DNA from: Eubacteriales bacterium
GTDB taxonomy: Bacteria > Bacillota > Clostridia > Oscillospirales > CAG-272
Reading direction: 5' to 3'
Assembly (NCBI GenBank): GCA_045534215.1
Contig: JAZSJG010000029.1
Span: forward strand, 1 to 41,498
Length of the DNA: 41,498 nt
The notes under the pieces are model-generated. The model saw nothing but the letters and a program-made list of their open reading frames with translations, did not search any database and had not been told where the DNA came from. Numbering within the stretch: position 1 is the stretch's first letter; each line of letters opens with the position of its first letter. This document shows, in pieces, positions 20,610 through 28,556 of this stretch. The position numbers were made by a program, and so were the translations under genes.

Positions 20610-20700
20610 GATTCTTAAGGTCGTTTTGTATCTTTCGTTTTATTTTAATCGTATCTAATCGTATTTCTATCTTAATAAAGAATTAATTTATAAAAAGTAC

Positions 20701-20729
20701 TTGACAAACTAATTGTATAGTAGTATAAT
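20701..20729 (+). promoter_or_regulatory. Consensus SigA promoter of the regulator-his operon
   Basis: TTGACA-17bp-TATAAT, perfect consensus. Confidence 0.85.
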
Positions 20730-20753
20730 TTAGCGTGTTAAAGTGCTAAAGTG
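20726..20753 (+). promoter_or_regulatory. Tandem HisR/YerC operator overlapping the -10 and transcription start
   Basis: TAATTTAGCGTGTTAAAGTGCTAAAGTG: palindrome TTTA-N6-TAAAGTG with a second TAAAGTG 8 bp downstream, directly before a TrpR-family gene. Confidence 0.75.
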
Positions 20754-20761
20754 AGGATTGT

Positions 20762-21067
20762 ATGAAAGACAAGAAGCTACACACAAAGGATGTGGATACT
20801 TTATTTGAAGCGATAGTTTCACTTGAGAACGTCGAAGAATGCTACAAATTCTTTGAGGATATTTGTACAGTTAAAGAAATTCTTGAAATAGCACAGCGTC
20901 TGAAGGCGGCAAGAATGCTTAAGAGTGGAAGCAACTATACTGAGGTTTGTCTTGAAACAGGTATGAGCTCTGCAACTATAAGCCGAGTCAGCAGATGTCT
21001 TGAATACGGAACGGGCGGATATGAGCTTGCGATTGCACGCCTTGAGGAAGAGGAAGAAAAAAAGTGA
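20762..21067 (+). CDS. hisR: TrpR-like YerC/YecD transcriptional regulator (HisR)
   Basis: LFEAIVSLENVEECYKFFEDICTVKEI...QRL...TGMSSATISRVSRCLEYGTGGY is the YerC signature; first gene of his operon. Confidence 0.85.
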   Translation: MKDKKLHTKDVDTLFEAIVSLENVEECYKFFEDICTVKEILEIAQRLKAARMLKSGSNYTEVCLETGMSSATISRVSRCLEYGTGGYELAIARLEEEEEKK

Positions 21068-22155
21068 CGGACCTTGAAATACTGAAAAGTGAGGAGCGCG
21101 CGGTTTTATCCCTGCGCTCTCTTTATAAACAGCACGGATATCTCTCATTCAAAATGAATAAGTTTGAAGAGTATGATTTTTATGCAAGAAATAAAGATTT
21201 TCTTATTGGCGACAGTGTTATTACGTTTAACGACACTGACGGAAGATTGCTTGCACTAAAGCCGGACGTAACCCTTTCAATTATTAAGAAAGCGGTTGAT
21301 AAGAAAGGGTGCAAGGAGAAGCTGTGCTACAATGAAAATGTCTACCGTATATCCGAAAGAACGCATAGATTTAAGGAAATCATGCAGTCAGGGCTCGAGT
21401 GCATCGGAGATATAGATACCTATGATATTTACGAGGTGACTTATCTTGGAGCAAAGAGTCTTTCGCTTATATCAGAGGATTTTGTAATGGATATATCCCA
21501 TATGGGAATAATTACTGCTATAGTTGAATCGGTTTCTTCGGATGAGGGATTCAAAAAATCGATTTTGACCTTCATAGCAAACAAAAACCGACATGAAGCA
21601 AAGGCACTTATAGAGGAGTACGGTATACCTGAAGAAAAGGCAAAAGTGTTGCTTTCTCTTGTTGATATGCACGGTGATATGCAAAGTGTTCTTGCAAAGC
21701 TTATGCCGCTGTGCTTAACAGGGGAGCTGAAAGAACAATACGAAAAACTTTACACGGTATGCTCTCTTCTTATGAAAACAGAGCTTTCGGACAGGATTAA
21801 AATAGATTTTTCTGTCATAAGTGACATTAATTATTATAATGGAATAGTATTCAGAGGATTCCTAAGAGGGATATCCGAAAGTGTTCTTTCGGGCGGTGAA
21901 TACGGCATGCTTATGAAGAAAATGGGAAGACAAGGTACAGCAATAGGGTTTGCTTTGTATCTTGATTTGCTTGATGGGCTTCGACTCGGTACTACGGAAT
22001 ATGACGTGGACGTGCTTTTGGTGTACGGAGATAATACTGAAAAAGAGAAGCTTGTCAAAATGAAGGACGAAATAATTAAGGGCGGGGAGAGCGTTAGCTT
22101 GCAAAGAGCCATTCCCGATAAATTAAGATATAAAAGGATTGTCAGAGCAGATTGA
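21064..22155 (+). CDS. hisZ: ATP phosphoribosyltransferase regulatory subunit
   Basis: HisRS-like motifs LALKPDVTLSI, EIMQSGLE, YYNGIVF, LSGGEY, AIGFA; precedes short HisG. Confidence 0.9.
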   Translation: MTDLEILKSEERAVLSLRSLYKQHGYLSFKMNKFEEYDFYARNKDFLIGDSVITFNDTDGRLLALKPDVTLSIIKKAVDKKGCKEKLCYNENVYRISERTHRFKEIMQSGLECIGDIDTYDIYEVTYLGAKSLSLISEDFVMDISHMGIITAIVESVSSDEGFKKSILTFIANKNRHEAKALIEEYGIPEEKAKVLLSLVDMHGDMQSVLAKLMPLCLTGELKEQYEKLYTVCSLLMKTELSDRIKIDFSVISDINYYNGIVFRGFLRGISESVLSGGEYGMLMKKMGRQGTAIGFALYLDLLDGLRLGTTEYDVDVLLVYGDNTEKEKLVKMKDEIIKGGESVSLQRAIPDKLRYKRIVRAD

Positions 22156-22171
22156 CTGGCGGAGAGCGGAA

Positions 22172-22795
22172 ATGATAAATATTGCTTTACCGAAGGGGCG
22201 GCTTGGTGAAAGGGTTTACGAGATGTTCGAAAAATCCGGCTATGAGTGCCCTGCAATAAAAGAAAACAACAGAAAGCTTATATTTGAAAACAAAGAAGCC
22301 GGTGTCAGATATTTTTGGGTAAAACCCTCAGACGTGTCAATATACGTTGAACGCGGCGCTGCGGACGTAGGTGTCGTGGGAAAAGATATTCTGATTGAAT
22401 ATGAGCCGGATGTATACGAGCTTCTTGATTTGAAGCTTGGCAAATGCAAAATAGCTGTAGCAGCTATGAAGGATTTCTTTGATGACGGGCAAAGAACACT
22501 TAGAGTTGCAACAAAGTTTGAGAATATTGCAAGAAAATATTATCTCAAAGAGGGTAGAGATATTGATATAATAAAGCTCAATGGCTCTATTGAGATAGCA
22601 CCTATACTTAATCTTTCGGACGTAATTGTAGATATCGTTGAAACAGGAAGAACTCTCAAGGAGAATTCCCTGTCTGTAACTCAGGATATTATGCCGATAA
22701 GTGCAAGATTGATAGCCAACAAATCAAGCTTTAAATTCAAGACAGAGGAAATTGAAGAGCTTACAAGACGTATTGGCGAAGAGGTAGAAAAGTGA
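22172..22795 (+). CDS. hisG: ATP phosphoribosyltransferase, short form
   Basis: IALPKGRL, VATKF, GSIEIAP, DIVETGRTL; start at ATG 22172. Confidence 0.95.
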   Translation: MINIALPKGRLGERVYEMFEKSGYECPAIKENNRKLIFENKEAGVRYFWVKPSDVSIYVERGAADVGVVGKDILIEYEPDVYELLDLKLGKCKIAVAAMKDFFDDGQRTLRVATKFENIARKYYLKEGRDIDIIKLNGSIEIAPILNLSDVIVDIVETGRTLKENSLSVTQDIMPISARLIANKSSFKFKTEEIEELTRRIGEEVEK

Positions 22796-24063
22796 TAAAG
22801 ATATATAATTATGCCGACGTTTCAAGGGAAGAAATTTTTTACCGCGGAAATTCCGCTTCGGGAGTTGAAGCTGTTGTAAGCGGTATAATCGAAAATGTTA
22901 TAGAAAATCGCGACAAGGCGCTTTTTGAGTATTGTGAAAGGTTTGACGGCGCAAAGCTTGATTCTCTTGAAGTCAGTCAAGAGGAAATTGATGATGCGTT
23001 CCGTACGGTTGCGCCGGAGTTCATAGAAATAATAAAGGAAGCCGAGAAAAATATTCGTGCTTTTCACGAAAAGCAGCTTCGTGACGGCTTCGTTATAAAA
23101 GAAAAAAACGGTGTCGTTATCGGACAGAAAATAACCCCGATAGAGAGGGTTGGATTATATGTACCTGGAGGGACTGCTGCATATCCCTCGACGGTTCTTA
23201 TGGATTCAGTTCCGGCAAAAATCGCGGGTTGTAAGACGATAGTTATGGTTACTCCTCCGAACAAAGAGGGGCGTGTTAATCCGGTAATTCTTGCAGCGGC
23301 AAAAATTGCAGGTGTTGATAAAATCTTTAAGGTTGGAGGAGCTCAGGCGGTTGCCGCCCTTGCTTACGGAACGGAAACTGTGCCCCGTGTAGACAAAATC
23401 GTAGGTCCGGGAAATGCATACGTTGCAGAAGCAAAGAAGCAGGTTTATGGCAAAGTGTCAATTGACATGATAGCCGGACCTTCGGAGATACTCATAGTTG
23501 CAGATGGAAAAAGCAATCCGGCATTTGTTGCGGCGGATATGCTTTCACAAGCAGAGCATGATAAAATGGCAAGCGCGGTTCTTGTCACAGATAGCATGAA
23601 GCTTGCCGAAGAGGTAAGCTTTGAGCTTGAAAGACAGCTTAAAGCTCTTAAGAGAGAAGATATTGCAAGAGCATCCATAGATAATAACGGAAAAATAATA
23701 GTTGCCGAAAATCTTATGCTTGCAATAGAGATTGCCAATGAGATAGCTCCTGAGCATCTTGAGCTTTGTGTAGATAACCCATTCGATTATCTTGACGCTG
23801 TAAAAAATGCCGGCTCGATATTTATGGGAAGGTACTGTCCTGAGGCACTTGGAGATTATTTTGCAGGTCCAAACCATACTCTCCCGACAGGAGGGGGCGC
23901 AAGATTTTCTTCACCTCTTGGGGTTGAGGATTTTATTAAAACCTCGCAGTTTACATATTACACAGAATCGGCGCTTCGTGACGTTGCCGACAAGGTTTCT
24001 TATTTCGCTAACAAGGAAGGACTTGACGCTCACGCAAAAAGTGTGACGGTAAGATTCGACTAA
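22792..24063 (+). CDS. hisD: Histidinol dehydrogenase
   Basis: GLYVPGG, GPGNAYV, IDMIAGPSE, QAEHD, APEHLE, GPNHTLPT. Confidence 0.97.
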   Translation: MIKIYNYADVSREEIFYRGNSASGVEAVVSGIIENVIENRDKALFEYCERFDGAKLDSLEVSQEEIDDAFRTVAPEFIEIIKEAEKNIRAFHEKQLRDGFVIKEKNGVVIGQKITPIERVGLYVPGGTAAYPSTVLMDSVPAKIAGCKTIVMVTPPNKEGRVNPVILAAAKIAGVDKIFKVGGAQAVAALAYGTETVPRVDKIVGPGNAYVAEAKKQVYGKVSIDMIAGPSEILIVADGKSNPAFVAADMLSQAEHDKMASAVLVTDSMKLAEEVSFELERQLKALKREDIARASIDNNGKIIVAENLMLAIEIANEIAPEHLELCVDNPFDYLDAVKNAGSIFMGRYCPEALGDYFAGPNHTLPTGGGARFSSPLGVEDFIKTSQFTYYTESALRDVADKVSYFANKEGLDAHAKSVTVRFD

Positions 24064-24086
24064 CAGCTTAAAGCAAGGTGAGGGTT

Positions 24087-25163
24087 ATGAGTAAATTTTT
24101 CAGTAAAAAATATTCCGAATTAAAGCCCTATACTCCGGGTGAGCAGCCGCGGGATATGAAGTATATAAAGCTGAATACTAATGAGTCACCGTTTTCACCG
24201 TCTATAAGGGTCGCTTCGGCAGTTGCGGAGGAAATTCGGAATTTGAAGCTTTATTCAGACCCGGAATGTAAGCAGCTTCGCGAAAAGCTCGCGGATATTT
24301 TATCCGTTCCTCAGTCATATGTGATTTTATCCAACGGCTCAGATGAGATATTGAATTTTGCATTTATGGCATTTTCCGACAAGGATAATCCTTTGATTTT
24401 CCCTGATATAACATATGGATTTTATTCGGTTTTTGCTAAGCTTAACGCAATTCCCTATGAGCAGATACCGCTTTCCAAGGAATTTACAATAGATACTTCC
24501 GATTATATCGGCAAAGGTAAAAATATTGTTATAGCAAATCCGAATGCGCCTACCGGAATTGCATTGGGACTTGATGAAATTGAAAAAATTGTAAGCTCTA
24601 ATCCCGAAAATGTTGTAATTATAGATGAGGCATACGTTGATTTTGGTGCACAAAGTGCCGTTCCTTTGACAAAAAAATATAAAAATCTTATAGTTGTGGG
24701 AACGTTTTCGAAATCACGCTCTATGGCAGGTGCGCGACTCGGGTTTGCGGTAGCGGACCCGGAGCTTATTCGGGATTTGGAAACAATAAGATATTCAACA
24801 AATCCATATAACGTTAACCGCATGACGTTGGCAGCAGGAGTCGCCACACTCGCGGATAATGATTATTATATGGACAATTGCAGGAAAATTATAGAGAATC
24901 GCGAGTATACAAGAAACAAGCTTTTGAATCTTGGTTTTTCCGTGTTGGATTCAAAGACGAATTTTCTCTTCATAAAGAGTGGGGAAATAGGTGGGGAAGA
25001 GCTTTACTTAAAGCTGAAAAGAAACGGTGTTCTTGTCAGGCACTTCAATACGGAGCGCATCAAGGACTATAACCGAGTGACAATAGGCACTAAAGAAGAA
25101 ATGGACATTTTTCTTTCAAAGACAGAAAATATCCTCAAGGAGAAATCAAATGAGAACTTATAA
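24087..25163 (+). CDS. hisC: Histidinol-phosphate aminotransferase
   Basis: KLNTNESP, NGSDE, NPNAPTG, DEAYVDF, TFSKSRSMAGARLG. Confidence 0.95.
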   Translation: MSKFFSKKYSELKPYTPGEQPRDMKYIKLNTNESPFSPSIRVASAVAEEIRNLKLYSDPECKQLREKLADILSVPQSYVILSNGSDEILNFAFMAFSDKDNPLIFPDITYGFYSVFAKLNAIPYEQIPLSKEFTIDTSDYIGKGKNIVIANPNAPTGIALGLDEIEKIVSSNPENVVIIDEAYVDFGAQSAVPLTKKYKNLIVVGTFSKSRSMAGARLGFAVADPELIRDLETIRYSTNPYNVNRMTLAAGVATLADNDYYMDNCRKIIENREYTRNKLLNLGFSVLDSKTNFLFIKSGEIGGEELYLKLKRNGVLVRHFNTERIKDYNRVTIGTKEEMDIFLSKTENILKEKSNENL

Positions 25164-25737
25164 GGTAGAGCGAAAAACTAATGAAACAGATATAAAGCTT
25201 ACTCTCTCATTAGACGGAGTTGGAAGCTCAAATATTGACACGGGTTGTGGTTTTCTTGACCATATGCTCACACTTTTTGCCCGCCATGCTCATTATGACT
25301 TGGTCGTGAAGTGTATAGGCGATACTAACGTTGATTATCATCATACAGTAGAGGACGTCGGAATATGCCTTGGCAAAGCGTTTCTTGAAGCTTTGGGGGA
25401 TAAACGCGGCATTTACCGCTATGCTGATAAAACCATACCTATGGATGAAGCTCTTATACTCGTAGCTGTTGATATATCGGGAAGAGATTATCTCGGTTAT
25501 GCTCTTGATATTCCGTCATACCGTGTGGGCGATTTCGATACAGAGCTTTGTGAGGAATTTATGAAGGCATTTGTTCGTGAAGCGAAAATAACCCTGCACG
25601 TAAGACAGCTTGCGGGCACTAATTCGCACCACATAATAGAGGGAGCTTTCAAGGCGCTTGCAAGAGCACTCTCTTCTGCAACAAGGATAGACGAGAATTT
25701 CCAAGAGGAGCTTCCCTCGACAAAAGGAGTTCTCTGA
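25150..25737 (+). CDS. hisB: Imidazoleglycerol-phosphate dehydratase (monofunctional)
   Basis: RKTNETDI, FLDHML, HHTVED, PMDEAL, NSHHIIE, PSTKGVL. Confidence 0.96.
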   Translation: MRTYKVERKTNETDIKLTLSLDGVGSSNIDTGCGFLDHMLTLFARHAHYDLVVKCIGDTNVDYHHTVEDVGICLGKAFLEALGDKRGIYRYADKTIPMDEALILVAVDISGRDYLGYALDIPSYRVGDFDTELCEEFMKAFVREAKITLHVRQLAGTNSHHIIEGAFKALARALSSATRIDENFQEELPSTKGVL

Positions 25738-26345
25738 TGATAGCGATAGTAGACTATGGGGTAGGTAATTTATTCTCTCTTGCCTCATCCTTTCGCGCTG
25801 TAGGCGAAGAGGCGGTTGTAACAAGCAACCCTAAGGTTCTTGCAGAAGCGAAAAAAATAATCCTGCCGGGTGTCGGAGCATTTGAGGATGCGAAGCGTAA
25901 GCTCGTTGATTTAGGGCTCGACGTATCTTTAAGAAAAGAGGTTGAAAAGGGGAAAAAGCTTTTCGGAATTTGCCTTGGAATGCAGCTTCTTTTTGAAAAA
26001 AGCTATGAGTACGGAGAGCATCAGGGGCTTGGCTTGCTTAAAGGAAGTATCGTTTCCATGAGGGATAAAATTGATACCTCGCTTACCGTTCCTCATATTG
26101 GCTGGAACTCCCTTAGATTAAAAAGGGAACATCCGATTTTTAAGTATGTAAAAGAGAACGATTATGTATATTTCGTTCATTCTTACTTTGCAACAGGTTG
26201 CAATGAGAGCTTGCTTGCAACCACAGATTACGGCATAGAGCTTACTGCGGCGGTGGCTCTTGAAAATGTTGCCGGGACTCAATTCCACCCAGAGAAAAGC
26301 GGTGAGGTAGGCCTTAAAATTCTTAAAGCCGTTTGCGAGTGGTAG
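25737..26345 (+). CDS. hisH: Imidazole glycerol phosphate synthase, glutaminase subunit
   Basis: DYGVGN, LPGVGAF, GICLGMQ, YFVHSY, QFHPEKS. Confidence 0.96.
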   Translation: MIAIVDYGVGNLFSLASSFRAVGEEAVVTSNPKVLAEAKKIILPGVGAFEDAKRKLVDLGLDVSLRKEVEKGKKLFGICLGMQLLFEKSYEYGEHQGLGLLKGSIVSMRDKIDTSLTVPHIGWNSLRLKREHPIFKYVKENDYVYFVHSYFATGCNESLLATTDYGIELTAAVALENVAGTQFHPEKSGEVGLKILKAVCEW

Positions 26346-26357
26346 AAAGGATTGTAA

Positions 26358-27071
26358 ATGAAAATTTTTCCCGCCATTGATTTATATGAAGGAAAAGCTG
26401 TGCGTCTTTTCAAGGGCGATTATTCAAATATGACTGTTTACAGCACGTGTCCATCTGAGGTTGCACGTGATTTTGTAAACCAGGGGGCAGAATATATACA
26501 CATAGTTGACCTCGAGGGAGCAAAGGATGGCACGACTCCCAATTTGGAGGTCGTGGCAAAAATTGTTAAAGAAAGCGGTGCGTTCGTAGAAGTGGGGGGC
26601 GGAATCAGGAGTATGGACGTGCTTCGAAAATATCTTGATATTGGCGTCGGAAGAGTAATTCTCGGAACTGCGGCAATAACGTCACCCGACTTCTTGCAAG
26701 AGGCGGTAGATAAGTACACAGATAAAATAGCCGTGGGAGCTGATATCCGTGACGGATACATAGCTATTAAGGGCTGGACGGAAAAATCCCAAATTTCCAA
26801 GGAAAGCTTTTTTGATAAAATGGAAAAGGTTGGGGTTAAAACAGTAATATGTACCGACATATCTAAGGACGGAGCAATGCAGGGAACAAATCTTGAGCTT
26901 TATTCCGACCTTGCAGGGAAGTACTCAGTTAACATAATTGCATCAGGAGGCGTAAGCTCTCTTGAAGACATTAAAAAGCTTTCCGAGATTAACATTTACG
27001 GAGCAATTATCGGTAAGGCATACTATACAGGAAGCATCAGCTTGCAGGAGGCAATAGAGATAGCAAAATGA
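26358..27071 (+). CDS. hisA: ProFAR isomerase
   Basis: PAIDL, HIVDLEGA, GGGIRS, TDISKDG, IASGGV. Confidence 0.95.
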   Translation: MKIFPAIDLYEGKAVRLFKGDYSNMTVYSTCPSEVARDFVNQGAEYIHIVDLEGAKDGTTPNLEVVAKIVKESGAFVEVGGGIRSMDVLRKYLDIGVGRVILGTAAITSPDFLQEAVDKYTDKIAVGADIRDGYIAIKGWTEKSQISKESFFDKMEKVGVKTVICTDISKDGAMQGTNLELYSDLAGKYSVNIIASGGVSSLEDIKKLSEINIYGAIIGKAYYTGSISLQEAIEIAK

Positions 27072-27826
27072 TAACTAAAAGAATTATTCCTTGCCTCGAT
27101 GTTAAGGACGGAAGAGTAGTCAAGGGAGTTAATTTTCTTGGGCTCTCGGACGTATCCTCCCCGATTAAGCTTGCAAAGTATTATTCTGACAGCGGAGCAG
27201 ACGAGCTGGTTTTTTATGATATAACAGCATCATACGAGGGGCGTGCGCTTTTTACCGATATACTTACAGAAGTAGCGAAAAACATATTTATTCCTCTTAC
27301 AGTAGGCGGAGGAATTAACACGGTAGGGGACTTTGAACGCGTGCTTAAATGCGGAGCGGATAAGGTTAGCGTTAATTCGGGTGCAATTAAAAATCCTGAT
27401 TTGATATATGAGGCAGCCAAGAAGTATGGAAATCAGTGCGTTGTTATATCTGCAGATGTAAAGCGTGTCGGCGATAAATTTTTAGTATTTGCCAAGGGTG
27501 GAAGAGAAAATACCGGACTTGAGGCAATAGAGTGGATAAAAAGATGCGTCGATATGGGAGCGGGTGAGGTTGTCGTAAATTCAATAGATACAGACGGTGT
27601 CAAGGGTGGCTTTGATATAGAAATGCTTATGGCGGTTAGAGAAGCTGTAAAGGTTCCGGTTATTGCCTCCGGAGGCGCGGGCTCTGTATCCGATTTTGTA
27701 AAGCTGTTCAAAGAAATTCCAGATATAGATGCAGGCCTTGCGGCATCCATCTTCCATTTCGGAGAGGTTAAAATTGGTGATTTGAAAAAAGAACTGTTGG
27801 AAAACGGTATCAAGGTGAGAATTTAG
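27068..27826 (+). CDS. hisF: Imidazole glycerol phosphate synthase, cyclase subunit
   Basis: KRIIPCLDV, GADELVFYDI, GADKVSVNS, IASGGAG, AASIFH. Confidence 0.97.
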   Translation: MITKRIIPCLDVKDGRVVKGVNFLGLSDVSSPIKLAKYYSDSGADELVFYDITASYEGRALFTDILTEVAKNIFIPLTVGGGINTVGDFERVLKCGADKVSVNSGAIKNPDLIYEAAKKYGNQCVVISADVKRVGDKFLVFAKGGRENTGLEAIEWIKRCVDMGAGEVVVNSIDTDGVKGGFDIEMLMAVREAVKVPVIASGGAGSVSDFVKLFKEIPDIDAGLAASIFHFGEVKIGDLKKELLENGIKVRI

Positions 27827-27846
27827 GTTTGTTTAAGGAGAATTTT

Positions 27847-28494
27847 ATGCTTGATATAGAAAAACTCAAGTTTGACGAAAAAGGACTTATACCTGCCATT
27901 GTGGTTGATTCTGTCAGCAAAAAGGTTTTAACCCTCGCTTACATGAATCGTCAAAGTCTTAAGATTTCGATTGAAAAGGGGCTGACCTGTTTTTTCAGCC
28001 GTTCGAGAAATGAGCTGTGGCTCAAGGGGGAAACAAGCGGAAATTATCAGCATATTGTTTCGATAACCGCTGACTGTGATATGGACGCCTTGACGGTTGT
28101 GGTTGAAAAAGACGGACCTGCGTGTCACACGGGTAGCGACACTTGCTTCTATAATACACTTTTTCAGAGCGAAAAATTAAATCAGTTTACTCTTGAAGGT
28201 CTTTATTCATTGCTTGAGAAAAGAAAAGAAGAGAAGCCCGCGGGCTCTTATACAACCTATCTGTTTGAAAAGGGAAGAGATAAAATTCTCAAAAAGGTAG
28301 GGGAAGAGTCAACAGAGGTAATAATCGCTGCTAAAGCGGACGATAAAAAGGAAACGGTTTATGAGATAGCCGACCTTGCGTATCATGTAATGGTTCTTAT
28401 GACAGAAATGGGGATAACAGTTGAAGACGTACACCGTGAGCTTGCATCCCGACACATAATAGACCATAAGGTTAAACAGGAAAAAATGACATAA
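27847..28494 (+). CDS. hisIE: Bifunctional phosphoribosyl-AMP cyclohydrolase / phosphoribosyl-ATP pyrophosphatase
   Basis: WLKGETSGN, DCDMD, ACHTG, SYTTYLF, KKVGEE, ADLAYH; start ATG 27847 after AAGGAG. Confidence 0.95.
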   Translation: MLDIEKLKFDEKGLIPAIVVDSVSKKVLTLAYMNRQSLKISIEKGLTCFFSRSRNELWLKGETSGNYQHIVSITADCDMDALTVVVEKDGPACHTGSDTCFYNTLFQSEKLNQFTLEGLYSLLEKRKEEKPAGSYTTYLFEKGRDKILKKVGEESTEVIIAAKADDKKETVYEIADLAYHVMVLMTEMGITVEDVHRELASRHIIDHKVKQEKMT

Positions 28495-28501
28495 ATAATA
28501 G

Positions 28502-28546
28502 AAAAAAGCACTCCTTGCCAACTAATTTTGGCAGGAGTGCTTTTTT
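28502..28546. terminator. Bidirectional terminator between convergent hisIE and lectin gene
   Basis: AAAAAAGCACTCC-TTGCCAA...TTGGCA-GGAGTGCTTTTTT, A-tract before and T-tract after. Confidence 0.85.
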
Positions 28547-28556
28547 GTTTGTTAAA

